The translations under genes and the position numbers were made by a program. DNA of 62,260 bases, filler included, from Hausera hauseri (taxonomy: Eukaryota), in NCBI GenBank assembly GCA_046269625.1. It is 9 parts of 9 records of this genome, joined end to end, with 100 filler letters (N's around TTAATTAATTAA, not from the genome) between each part and the next. Parts side by side here need not be neighbours in the genome. Positions count along the whole stretch, not along the records: positions 22,209 to 27,125 come from JBJURY010392034.1; positions 27,226 to 36,672 come from JBJURY010377702.1; positions 36,773 to 52,600 come from JBJURY010377701.1; 6 more parts are not named here. The stretch is one strand, 5' to 3'. Positions 25,084-38,135 of the stretch are shown in pieces. Position 1 is the first letter of the stretch. The number at the start of each line of letters is the position of its first letter. Under the pieces are notes generated by a model. That model was not told the DNA's origin. It was given only the letters and a program-made list of their open reading frames with translations, and did no database searches.

Positions 25084-27225
25084 CTGAATTCCAAATTTAA
25101 GTAAGGATTTACCTTGAAATCATTGATTGTTTTAGCAATATGGTGCTCCTCACTCGGGGCACCAGTTTATATGTTATGTGTACAGGGGTTGTAATCAACC
25201 TTAAATAGTACTCAACATATAAATAATACGCACAGTGTACTTATGCTTTATAAATATTGATATTTATTTATGGGGTATATAATCGTGCTCCATGAACCCA
25301 TCAAAATCCATCTAAAAGTTGTTCATTGTGGGTTTTATTATTTTCTTCCAACTGAAGGTTGCTCGTGAGTTCCAAGATTCTCTTCCCTCTTCTGCGATCC
25401 ATTCCCGCTCATCCACTGGTGATAGATTTGTTCTGATGGTAATATTCGGCATGTCCAATCCTTGAATTTATGACATAGACCAAGGAATCAATATTTACTA
25501 TTTAGTGTCACTCTGTAGATTTATAAATACAATAGTTCACTAAAGGATGTTTTATAGCGTGTTCTTCTCATATCGAGGATTGTTGAAAGGTACATTCACT
25601 CTCATAATATATTCATGGATTACACTCAACTGATTTCCTCCTATAGATAGCTACTAATTTCCCTATTTCATAATCTCTTTTCTTTCTGGGTTAACTCTCA
25701 AACTTGCATTTTTGTAAAATACCCAAAGACCACCATAAAGTGACTCAACGAAATGTAATTCACTAAAAATTTAAAATTTAAAGAATGCAAATGAGTCTTA
25801 CTATGCTTAGACTAGTGCGAATCGTAACACATATTGCATATAAGAAGCTTTCCCATACTATTAATAAGACCCATCTACAAATGTGCAGAATTTCGCTTTC
25901 ACCAATGAATCGTTACCCAAGAAATATTTATAATATTAAAAAAAATGAAATGGAAATATTTATAATATTAAAGAAAATGAGATAGAAATATTCATAACAC
26001 TAAAGAAAATGAAATTCATCCCACATTACTTAAATAGTAATAGCTTAACATTTGTCTTCAATAAAATTGGTGAAATTTCTGAAACAGAACCTAACTCCTA
26101 CTACGTATTTTGACTTCCCTTTTTACTTTATTTTTACGGATAGTCACCTGACTACTGAACCACCATAATTGTAACCTTGTCCGACGCATGATTCGTCTTA
26201 CAATTCATTCAATTCTCACGACTCTCACGTACACCATCACTACGCAAGAAATTCACCTCTCCACAGGGGATATCGTAAAACTTTCATTATTGTACACCAA
26301 TCCCTACTAGATATCGGATCGAAACGCAGATGCTAGATGTTATGTAATCAGCAAAATTTGACCACCCCGGTTTACGATTTGCGGTATGTATAAATGTTTA
26401 ATTACTTTTCCTCAAATCAATGTGCTATATATGGTTTCTTCCATAGCGTTTTCCGTTATATTTTTGTATACTAAATGTTATACTACAAGCTTGGAAGTGG
26501 ATAACCACATCAAAACTCCTCGACACAATTTTAGTNNNNNNNNNNGAAAGAGATATCACAACATATACTAGGCCACTATAAAACGGATCTACAGACAAAC
26601 GAATATTTATATCCTCATTGAAGAACCCGTTATAAAAATATTTCATAATCGACCAAACAGCGTCTGAAGTTAAAAGGATCAAAGATAAATAAACAATACT
26701 ATCAGGTATTAGGTATACATTGTTCATTGCATCATTCGACTGCACTAACATTCCAAATTCTCAGATTCGATTATATTAATAATCTATTGTTTCATCCTTC
26801 CAGACTAGTCAAGCAACAGGGGGACTACTATCTAACTTTATGAACGAATTTTGCTGGTAAGTTGACAACATAATACTTCTATCTTTGGTAGTATTAACTT
26901 TCAAGTATTCATCAGCTCCAATATTACTCCGACTTCTACACAGTGCTAGTTATTGAACACTGCGAGACCATCACGTATCTATTATTAGCCATATTCTATT
27001 TGTCGGTATTTCAGCATTAATAGCAGAATTACACTAACCCTTGTTTATGTTATCACCACATGCATGAATCAATCAGCATCACACAATTAACGATGATCGA
27101 TGTCAAAACCGTAAGAGATGTACTANNNNNNNNNNNNNNNNNNNNNNNNNNNNNNNNNNNNNNNNNNNNTTAATTAATTAANNNNNNNNNNNNNNNNNNN
27201 NNNNNNNNNNNNNNNNNNNNNNNNN

Positions 27226-30200
27226 GACCGAGGCTATGAAAATAGAGCTAATCGCAGTATGAGGTATGATAATAGAAACTTTACTGATAATCGAAATACA
27301 TACAAAACAGGTTATAATCCGGATAGAAACCAAAATAATGACCGAAGTAACAAAAACCGATATCTAGATAATCGGAGTTTCGAAAATAGAAATAACGGAG
27401 TCAACAAATAGACTCAACCAGTTCAAAACAAAACAACAGGCAGACCCAAATCACCAGTGAACGAAGACGAACGACAAAGGATCGGCCGAGAAGGGAATCT
27501 GATTTGTTATTCATGTGGCAAGGAAGGACATATAGCTAGATCATGCCTTAATCTGCGAAGTGTATTATTTTCAGAGATCAGGAAAGCCAGTATGATAAAA
27601 GATAATTTGAAAAGAATATATGGAAAACAAGGTGATATAAGTATGATTATTGAGATGCAAGATCTACGAAGGTATATAAGAAATATGGGCGAATCTAGTA
27701 ACCCGCAAGTAGTTAAAGCCAGAAAGGAATATGAAGAAAAGTTGCAGCTAATGGAAGTTTATCATGGATTAAGAGAACCAAAAACGGAATACAAGAATGC
27801 TATAGCACCTAAGAATACTAATATGGCCATGAAAAGAAACCTAAATCAAGCAAAAAAGGAGGAAAAGCCGACGACGTCTCCAAGCGTAGACTTGAACGCA
27901 GACGCTGAGGTAGCGTCTTGAAACAAGGACAAGACAAAAGACGAGGTTGAAAGTGAATTCATTGGACCACTAATACTCAAGATAACAAAAAATAGGAGTA
28001 GAAGCTCTTCACTTAAGAGAAGGTCACGAACTCGTTCACGATCCCCTATTACAAAAGATTTAGAAAAGGAGGAAGATTTCACTATTACTTTAAGAGATTA
28101 AACAGAGTTAAATACTCCTGTTATAACCCAAGGCGTCCTGGAAACAACAGACATTTCGAATATCGATAAAATTAATGAAATATGTCCATTACCACTTAGT
28201 GAAGAGGAATCATAAGAGAAAAAGTCTACTAAATTAGGGAAGATTAGAAAATCCTGGTAAAACGCAAGAGAAATAACCAAAATAAGAGATGCACTAAATG
28301 ATCCCGAAAGGCTACAGGAGAGCTTACAAAAACTCCAGAAGATGAGCGAACAGTTGGATATCTCCGGAAAAGAACAACAATTTATAGAAAAGCTATATAA
28401 AAAGCTTAAACCCGGTTCTCAGAAAAAGGAAGAAAATACATCTTACGAACTGCAAGAAACGCCGAATGACTGGATAAAAAGTTGGAAAAATAAATTAGAA
28501 CTGTGGACAAGGAGTGGGATTGGTTTTACGAAAATATGGTGGAATAGAAACGAGCCCTTTTTCGAGCAAGTTAATCAAGCACAAGGACTATTAAACGCCC
28601 TAAAAGATAACCCAAAATTGAAACGCGTAAGACGTAATTTAGAAGGATTGCTATATGAGATCGAAGAAGCGATAATTTCTTATCTACATAATAAGTCAGT
28701 ATATAAACTGATTAATGCCGACCTAGAGATATTGGGTATAGACCAAATCGATATATTCCCTTTAATAACAATATACAGTCTGATAAAGGACCGCCCTCGA
28801 CAATATCCGGATTTGAAAATACGTATTGAAAGAGAAAAGGAAATACGAACCAGAATCAATGACTTAAGAATCGGCGTAGTTCACCCTGAAAAAGCAGAAG
28901 CACAGAGAATAATACGTGCTTGTCTTCTCGAATTAGATGAGTATAAAAAAGAATTCAACTATATGAAACATATAATAGAATTTGTACGAGGGCCAGATCA
29001 CGAACTAATGGAAGCTCTTGAGATATTAGACGATATAATCTACGCTAAACCGGCAATATCTGAACAAATTAAGAAGTGGGTAGACTTGTTACCTTCCATG
29101 GCAGAGATAATAAATAAAAGACTAAGAGAATTCGCTATGATTGAGCTTACAATGAGACACCAATTGGAAGAAATGTTACTAGATATGAGTACGATGGAGA
29201 ACGAAGCAAAATTTCGAATTAAATTTGAATCATTCCGAGAACTTGAATTTATGAGCAGGGATTAAGATCAAACGGCACTATCAGAGATATATAGTATAAT
29301 AGAGGAGAAGGAATTTTACAGAAATAGAAACAAGCTAAATGATCTTCAGCAAAGTTTAGCGAACATCCGTTGGGAAAGGATACAGAACCTAATGCAGAAA
29401 CCGTTGAATGAAATGTCATCACAGGAAATAGAAACATTAGAAGTATTTAACGATCACCGGATCGCTCTGGCGCAAACATCACAATATTTACAGAATCCAA
29501 CAGAATGAACACCAGGTTTCGATCTACATTGACACACCGAACTAACAAAAATTAGGAAGGATCTTCAGTTGACGAGCGACGAAGACAAGTTTATAGGCAG
29601 ATTAATGGACGCAATAGTTCCGGACGCTGAAGTATGAAATCAAATGCACAAATTAATTCTACTATTAACAGAAATAGCAGAAATTGACGAAGTAGTAGCC
29701 AAACGACTAAAAAGTCGAATACGCCTGGTAAAAGAAACCCGGTTATGCTCCGAGAAAAGATAACGCAAGCTAAACAAATTACTGAGAGAAGCAGAAGTCT
29801 ACAAGAACAAGTATTCCCTTACAGAATCTGAAATTAACGATAAAATGGAATTTATACGAAGATAGCAAAGGGACAGAATCGCAGAAGTAACTAACTACCA
29901 GGAGAAAGCCTTGATACAACCAGAAGAAATGTGCCGATTAATAAAATTGATACAACAAGCTTGTGGAAACGGCGATGGATTTAGGATATCCATAATGAAA
30001 ACATTGCAACCATAGATGAATGAACTACGCGAAAAAGTCCAGGTTGGACACGCAGTACGAATGAACTACAAGTTACCTGACGCAGGTAATGATGCCGAGT
30101 GGGATGAATACATCCAAGGTTTAACCGAACAAAATCAAAGAACTCCGGTACAAATTTATGAGTCACCTATTGTTACACAGAAGACAAAATGCAACGTGCA

Positions 30201-31224
30201 AATGCTACTTGATCCCACGCTAGCTGTAAAGGAATTGAGCAATGTGTTGAAAATAAACATAAGTGAAGAAAAGTTAAGGAAATTGATTCCAATCTTGACC
30301 AAACTATCCAGTGAAAACACCACTTACAGCGCTGCACCCAAGCTCTTAATAAGAGAATACGCCAAACTGTTGAAAAAAAACCAGAAGCGGAAATTAAAGT
30401 GAAAGTATCATCTGAAGGGATGGATGACGAGGCATTTGAATGCACTACCTACACCACAGTTGGAGATATAAAACAGCGGATAATGGATAAGGATAGTAGG
30501 AAAGGAGTTAATTATAGTCTGTATTTCAGAGGCAGGATATTAGACGAGCTAGAATCATTGACAGACGTAGGGATTATACCTCTCGAGGAAAATCGAATAA
30601 TAGCAATAATCATTAGTGAGCAAACTAAAGATGAAGCCATAAGAAAGGCACATACAGAGCATTACGTCGGAAGAATCATGGGGATTCAGGATGCCGCAAT
30701 GTACTTCGAATACTTACAGATTGATGAGGACAACCCGCAATACGATAAAAACTTAGTTCTCTTAAGTAAAACCTTACCACCGATGAAACCAAAGCGACCG
30801 GTCGGAAGACCAAGAAAAATGAAAGAAATCGACTATAACGCCGATCTGATTAGAGAATTATACCGGACATCAAGGCGATATATTATCCGAGAAAGAAAGA
30901 CTAATATATAATATAGCCCGGACAATGAAAACTTTGCGATTTAAATTATCTAAAAGCACTTTTCCTGACAAAACAATAATTGATAGAATTATGGTAGACA
31001 ATACAATGGAAAAATTAAGGAAAGTCTTAATATATTTAGCGGTAAGAACTAACCCTCTCCGCGAAAACGAATTTGACAAGACAATTGGGTTAGCTAGAAA
31101 AGCTGCAAGAATGGTACCTAAAGAGATAAAGTGGACGAAATTATTCGAAAAAGAGGAGGACGCAAAATGGACTAATAAGTTAGAGGACATGATACGAAAT
31201 ATCTCTCTGAACAAAGGAAACTAA
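27226..31224 (+). pseudogene. Partial copy F of giant Gypsy element: Gag end (CCHC) plus long extension with Ubl (30399-30620) and AT-hook (~30791-30817)
   Basis: CYSCGKEGHIARSC continues in frame into the extension; TVGDIKQRIMDKD...YSLYFRGRILDELESLTDVGI; KRPVGRPRK. Confidence 0.9.
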
Positions 31225-33180
31225 TCCAATTGGTTAATCAACTTGCTGACGATAATGATGCTAGTAAGGCAAATAGGAGTAGTCACTTTATACGATTGCG
31301 ACAATTTCAAGGTGGGTCAGAAATACTCCGTAATGGACTTAGAAACATGCGAAGATGCAAGACCTCATAAGCTCGAGACAACGGAAAAAAGGTATATATT
31401 ATATCAACAACGTGAATTAATCGCGATGGATGCGACGGAATGCATGATACGGAGATCTCGCCGCGTTTTTCATTGTGGTACTATGCACGGGCATTCTTCA
31501 ATAATCAAACCAACAACCCCATTAATCCCAATGAACGTGGACAGACAACACTGATTAGGAGCCCGCATGACCGGTAAAATGGTTTGGGACGGTATGGAGT
31601 TGGAAGCCCAAGAAGGGAAGATAATCAAAGCATACAAAGTGGCAGTTGGAAAATTGAACATGCACACCGGTTATTGTGTCGGAGTAGAATATGACACCGG
31701 AAAGGGAAAGGAAGAAGGAATAGTAGTCGTGGATTTTTACAAAACCGAGTTAAGATCCCTAAAAGCAATGTTTCATAGTGTTACCAAACTATTTACCGAA
31801 AATCAAAAATGTCACGTTCAAGACGGTGCTTGCATGTTCCGAATTTCAGTTGTTGTATGGAGCTCACCTTCCAAGAGAGATTTAATTTCATCAAAATCAA
31901 AGAGTTAAAGTTTAATGAGACAACTGGAAAACGTTATAGAAATAAGTTACACACAAATACCAGATCAAGGAAGACATAGTAGAACATCCCACACGAACGA
32001 TATTGATATCGGATGTACACGCATTAAAGGTTATTAGGAAGAATATGTTAACACGCTGCGATGTAGTTATGTATGCCACAAATTACGAAGTATTTTTCGT
32101 TGCAGAAATTGAAATCAACATGAAAATGTATGATTTAAAAACGCAAGATACAGGGATTGAAGATTACCTCAAAAATCGAGATGACTATTTCTATTACAAA
32201 GGACAGACCGGAATAGCAGAACTATACCACAAAATGATAACGCACGACTGTAGATTAAATATTGAAGTTATGCGAACCAAATTGGCCTTAATTTATGCCA
32301 ACCCAGAACTGGCATTACCAATTATAACAATAAAAGAAGGTGTCTTCAAACAAGTTACCGGAGAAGTCCTATTAACTTACAAATGCGAAAAAAGAGACGT
32401 GCCGATTAACGTGGAAGAAAAAAGATGCATGCAGGAATTACCAGTCATCTATGAGAATATGTCGAGACTAGCGATGCCACTCACCAGAGTATTACTGGAA
32501 AACTCGACCGAACCAAGAATATTCAAAAAATGCGAAACGAGCCTATGTGAACCCATGTTCCGACGCAGTAGAACCGACTGGATAAGTCTACCTAATGGAG
32601 GCGCTGCTGTAGTCCCTAGTAAGCTAACAGGGATCTAATCAAATGATTATTAGATTATTATTAATTATTATTAATGATTATTATTATTATTAATCTAATC
32701 AAAGGATTATTAGAGGATAAGTTCGAGGACACGGCCAATAAAGGAATTTATAGGCCAAAGGACACAGAAGCCTTTAGGCAATTCGTAGCCTTTCCGCGAC
32801 AGAGAACTTATGATCTGAATCGGGCCATGTCAATGGTCATGGATGACACCCGCTTCCAAGCGAAATGAGAATCGTTACTTGGTGCTAATCACTATCAAAG
32901 AGTAACTTCAGAAATACTGTATAAGATTTGGGGCAGGTTTCTAATCTTCGGACAAGCTGCATCTGGATTCCTAGCCATCTGCCTTTTAGTCCAGTTAATT
33001 AAAGCAGTAATCCAAGCCGTTATGAACGGATATGAAATATTCACATTAACAGGATTTTCCTGCAAAATATTAAATTCAGTTATCACACCATTTAGAAAAA
33101 TACTTAAGGCCTACGAAAAATATCGATGGACGAATGACGTAGAACGCCACGTCGGGTACTATAATCGCAAACGGCGACAG
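31225..33180 (+). pseudogene. env: Chuvirus-like (class III, gB-like) envelope glycoprotein, copy F
   Basis: Hydrophobic signal then VTLYDC; ECMIRRSRRVFHCGTMHGHSS; GEVLLTYKC; CMQELPV; GIYRPKD..FP; TM WGRFLIFGQ...NGYEIFTLTGFS. Confidence 0.8.
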
Positions 33181-35060
33181 AGAGAGAGACAGATGGAGAG
33201 AAAGAGGGAGACAGAGAGAGACAGAGAGAGAGACAGCGACACAGACAGAGAGAGACAGAGGCACAGAAAGAGAAACATAGAGAGACAGAGAGAGACAGAG
33301 ATAGAGATAGAGAGATTGACAGAGAAAGAGAGACAGAGAGAGACTGCGAGAGAGAGAAAGAGAGAGAAAAACAGAGATAGAAACAGCGAGACAGAGAGAA
33401 AGAGAGAGATAGACAGAGACAAAAAGACAGAAAGAGAAAGACAGAGAGAGACAGAGTGGGAGACACAGAGAGAAACAAAGAGAGAGACAGAGATAGAGGG
33501 AGACAGAGACAGATAGATAGAAAGAGAGAGGCAGAGAAAGAGAGACAGAATGAGAGACAGAGAGAGACGGTGAGAGGGACAGACCTAGACAGAGACAGAG
33601 AGACAGAGATAGAGAGAGACAGAGAAACAGACAGTGAGAGAGAAAGAGAAAAAGAGAAAGAGAGAGAAAGACATAGAGACACACAGAAAGAGCGAAAGAG
33701 AGAGAAACAGAGAGAAAGCCAGAGAGAGCGACAGAGGCAGAGGCAGAGAGAGAGACAGCGAGATACAGAGAGAGACCGAGAGAGACAACGAGGGAGACAG
33801 AAAGAGAGACAGAGAGGCAGAAAGAGAGGGACAGAGTGAGACAAAGACAGAGAGACAGAGATAGAAAAAGAGACAGAGACAGAGAAACATAGATAGACAG
33901 AGAGAATGAGACAGGGAGAGAGACAGAGAGAGGGAGAAAAAGAGAGAGACAGAGAGATATAGACATAGAAAGAGACAGAGGGGAGACAGAGCGAGAGACA
34001 GAGAGAGACAGAGAGAGAAATACATAGAGAGGCACACAGAGAGATAGGCACAGAAATAGCCAGAGTGCGACAGAGAGAGACAGATAGATACAGGGAGAGA
34101 GAGAAAAACATAGACAGAGAAAGAGACATAGAGAGAGAGAGAGACAAAGAAAGAGACAGATAGAGAGACAGAGAAATACAGTAAAAGACAGTAAGAGACA
34201 GAGATAAAGGAGAGACAGAGAGAGACAGAGGGAGACAGAGAGACAGAGACAGAGAGAGACAGAGAATGAGACAGAGATAGAGACAAAGAGAGGGAGAAAC
34301 AATGAGAGAATGATAGAGAGACAGAGAGTTATAGACATAAGGAGAGAGACAGAGAGAGAAATACATAGACAGAGATTGAAAGAGAGACAGAGAGATAGCG
34401 AGAGAGAGCGACAAAGAGAGAGACAGAGAGGGAGCGAGAAAGACAGAGAGAGACATAGAGAGAGAGAGAGACAGCGAAAGAAACAGAAAGTTATAGACCT
34501 AAAGAGNNNNNNNNNNNNNNNNNNNNNNNNNNNNNNNNNNNNNNNNNNNNNNNNNNNNNNNNNNNNNNNNNNNNNNNNNNNNNNNNNNNNNNNNNNNNNN
34601 NNNNNNNNNNNNNNNNNNNNNNNNNNNNNNNNNNNNNNNNNNNNNNNNNNNNNNNNNNNNACAGTAGGAAAGACAGAGAGAGAGACAGGGAGAGAGACAG
34701 GGAGAGAGAGACAGAGAAAGAGCGAGATAAACAGAGAGAGACATAGAGACAGAGAGACAGAGGTTGAGACAGAGAGAGAGAATCAGAGAGAAAGACAGAG
34801 AGAGACACAGAGAGAGACAAAGAGAGAGAGACTGAGATATAGACAGAGAGAGACAGAGCTAGAGGGACAGAGAGAAACAGAGAGAGACTGAAAGACAGAC
34901 AGAGAGAGAGACAGACAGAGGGACAGAAAGAGTTAGACAGAGAGAGACAGAGAGATAAAAAGACAGAGAGATAGAGACAGCGAGAGACAGAGAGAGACAG
35001 AGAGATAGAAACAGAGGAAGAGACAGAGAGAGATACCGAAAGAGACAGAGAGGGAGAGAC
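33177..35060. repeat. Degenerate (AG)n/(AGAC)n microsatellite, ~1.9 kb including N gap 34507-34660
   Basis: Continuous GAGA/GACA arrays. Confidence 0.97.
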
Positions 35061-35760
35061 CGACAAACTTGATCGCAGATCAATACGACGTTTGGGACTG
35101 AGATATTGAGTTTCGAATATTTTAAGCACTGAAAATCAAATTTGTTTTAAAGTGTAAGTCATCAATTTTAAGTGTAGTCGATAGAGAATTTTTTTCTGCA
35201 TCTAACCCACTTGATCGCATGTCAATACGATTTTTCGTTGCGGAGATATTTTATTTTGAAATTTTTTCCGAAATATTCGAATCGTTATATATTCTAAACG
35301 GTAAGTCATATTGACTTGCGACCTGTACCAGTCGATAGAGGTCAAAAAATGGAACATTCTTCATGTAGGACTCAAAATTATTCGAAAAGTCGGTAAATCG
35401 AAAAATCGAGTTCGAAAAAATTTTTTAGAATAATTTAAGCCCAAGATAGAGAATTTTTTTTCCATCCGACAAACTTGATCTCACTTCAATACGATATATG
35501 GGTGCCGAGATATTTCATTTTAAATTTTTTTTCGAAATATTCGAATCGCTATATATTCGGTTCCTTACGTCGTACAGAATTGCGACCTATACCATCCGAT
35601 AGAGCTCGAGAAACTGAACATTTTTTCCTTCCAACCAAAATTATTCCAAAACTTGCTGAAAATATATTCGAGTTCGAAAAAAATTTTTTTTTAATTTTTT
35701 CTAATAATACCATCATATACAGAATTCGAAAATAAACATTTTTCATTCTTCGAAAAGTTT
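35060..35760. repeat. Internally repeated interspersed element (three ACTTGATC...TCAATACGA...GAGATATT units)
   Basis: Related units at ~35060, ~35205 and ~35467; GATAGAGAATTTTTTT repeated. Confidence 0.6.
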
Positions 35761-36118
35761 CGAAATTTGCACCGAATAGTGCTAAAATCAATATTGCACT
35801 TTCGCAAATCAATAGTGCACTTTCGAAATCAATATTGCAAATAAAGGGAATGGAGGACACTGAGCCAAGCTTATTTTCCTATCTCGAGACCGCCCCCCAG
35901 GATCCATAATCAATAATTTTATATGGGGAAATTTTGGAAATCAATATTATTGATTGGCGCAGTCGTGGTTTCACTATTCTCACCACCAATTTGTTTAAAT
36001 TTTGCATATAAATACCCTTGTGTCACTTGTGAAAAAAATTTTTCAAAATGTACACTATGATAAAACATAAGACAAAGAAGTCTGTACAAATATTTATTAA
36101 TATAACAAATACAAACAA

Positions 36119-36672
36119 TCAAATATTTACAATACAATAATATGCATATGCGACACTTTTGTTTTTCGATATCCAGTGCCGTTTGTCGTCAAATGGATCT
36201 AGCGCTTTCTTTTTGGTACTGATCGTCATCAGCTGGTGATTTTTGGTGCCAATTCGTTCTTGATCTACAGTTGTTTCACATCCATTCTCATACGCTTGGA
36301 AGTAGTTGTCAAAGTGAAAATCCGTTTGCTTCAGATTGATACCCTTGCATTTCAGCACTGGTTTGCTTTTGGTTTTGAGGGCATATGATTTTGGTCTTAG
36401 GAAAATGGCTTCTTCATATTCAACACTACCCTTACTTTCATCCTTAAATTTTCCAATTACCGAAGCAAAACGGATAGAATAAAGAGGGTCTGTAGCATCA
36501 TAGTTGGAAGTGTCCAACTGCTCGTTTGCTATCATTGCTGGTAGGAATTGTGTTCGCAAATCTACACCACGACACTCAAGAAAGAAACTGTCAGCATCAC
36601 CAGCAACAATATTAAGTTCACAATTGAACTGATGTCTATATGATTCTAACTCTATGTAATTCAATTCATACA
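36119..36672 (-). mobile_element. Polinton/Maverick protein-primed DNA polymerase B, C-terminal part (runs off contig)
   Basis: DADSF (motif C variant), LDTSNY, IGKFKDE, FLRPKSYA, KCKGI, KKALDPFDDKR. Confidence 0.9.
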
Positions 36673-36772
36673 NNNNNNNNNNNNNNNNNNNNNNNNNNNN
36701 NNNNNNNNNNNNNNNNTTAATTAATTAANNNNNNNNNNNNNNNNNNNNNNNNNNNNNNNNNNNNNNNNNNNN

Positions 36773-37160
36773 CCTTTTATTTTGTGTATCGATTTCGTGT
36801 AACCAGTTGATTATTAATTCGATACCGCGGTGTATCCAGTGGAATACTTAATTGTTTTTGTTGTAAAAATACTTGTTATTTAAAACTTCTTATATAGTTT
36901 GCCATTGCCCCATAAGGGTGATTAGACTACACTAAGGTCTAAAATCCTACTGTAAAATCACAGTTAAGACGAGAATATTGTTAAACGTTTTTCACAGGAC
37001 CGCAAGATAGTACCATAATTACTGAACTAAACTTATTGAAATAAGGCACAATCTGTGTATGCGATAGCGATAGACCTTACTTGTATTAAGGTACTCAAAT
37101 CTCGGTTGTAACTATTGTTATATAGTGGGAGTTGTATAAGGGCCACCTTAATATATAACA
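36773..37160 (+). repeat. 5' LTR (3' part; start cut by contig edge)
   Basis: Ends TATAACA before the PBS; alignable to ~52255-52535. Confidence 0.88.
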
Positions 37161-37162
37161 TT

Positions 37163-37180
37163 TGGCGACCCTAGCAGGAC
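37163..37180 (+). promoter_or_regulatory. Primer-binding site, probably tRNA-Arg
   Basis: TGGCGACCCTAGCAGGAC 2 nt after the LTR; complement GTCCTGCTAGGGTCGCCA resembles the T-stem/acceptor/G-CCA end of animal tRNA-Arg. Confidence 0.85.
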
Positions 37181-37319
37181 AGATTAGTACCTCGCTAGAC
37201 TTTACTTCAGCTGAGAGTTAATTAACTACATACCGGCAATCAGCGCCACTTGCACCGAGTAATTGAATACAATTTGAGATTTAAAATTTCGGGTTATAAG
37301 TTTGGCAGGATTTAAAAAC

Positions 37320-38135
37320 ATGATTTATCAGAGAACAAATATTGATAAGTTCAAAGTGAACCTTGATTTAAACGATAAGGAAAACTTGCCTATACGCCAG
37401 AGGCGTAGAAATACATATAGGGATAATAAAAATTTGGATAAACATTCATTTTCTAAAACTAGTGTAAATTCAGTTAATACAGATTAACCGCCGTTGAGCG
37501 AACCGATAAGTTTAAAACTCCTCTTGTGAAAACTAAAGTTAATAAAGTAAATTTTGAGACTAATTGCGTAAATAATATGGCAGAAAATAACCCAACAGTA
37601 GCACAAAAGCTAGACATCTTTACTTTTGATTCTCTGAATCTTCCGGCATATAATGATGATCCGGACGGATTAAATGAATTTTTGAGAACTTATAAATTGC
37701 ACACAGAAGGTGTCAGTCTTAATCCTGAAGTAATTATTAAACGTTTGTCGACATATTTGAAGAATTTAGCGGCTGATGCTTACAGCGAGCTCACTAATGA
37801 TGAAAAGAATTCTTGGTCCATCCTGATAGGAGCATTGAACCGAAAATTATTGCCGAAAGTAACACCGCAACAGAAACTTATGCCTTTTCAGAATAGGATG
37901 CCAACCAGTAACCCAGTTTGCATTTGCATTGAAGAAACCCTCTAATAGTTATGTAAGTACATTGAGAACAGTCAACGTGGCAATAATATAAGGTTCGCCG
38001 AACCAGTACAATAGAAGCGCAAATAGGTCTAAGTCACCTGTGAATGAAGACGGTCGACAGAGAGGCGACGGGAATGGAAATTTAGTTTGCTTTACCTGCG
38101 GTAAAGAAGGACACATTGCCAGGTCATGTCCGAAT
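37320..38135 (+). pseudogene. gag: gag (capsid and CCHC), with ~0.5-kb internal deletion relative to copy I
   Basis: LPAYNDDPDGLNEFLRTY, YLKNLAADAY, SWSILIGAL, CFTCGKEGHIARSC. Confidence 0.88.

Noticed and set aside
26250-26751. Possible retroelement pol remnant on the minus strand
   Set aside because: Only weak motif hints across an N gap; cannot be supported.
33022-35129. Long ORFs of 200-450 aa on both strands (ER-rich, SL-rich)
   Set aside because: Translation artefacts of the AG microsatellite.
37126-37143. Similarity of LTR GGGAGTTGTATAAGG to the hairpin end at 4400-4420
   Set aside because: Short match not conserved in the 3' LTR; likely chance.
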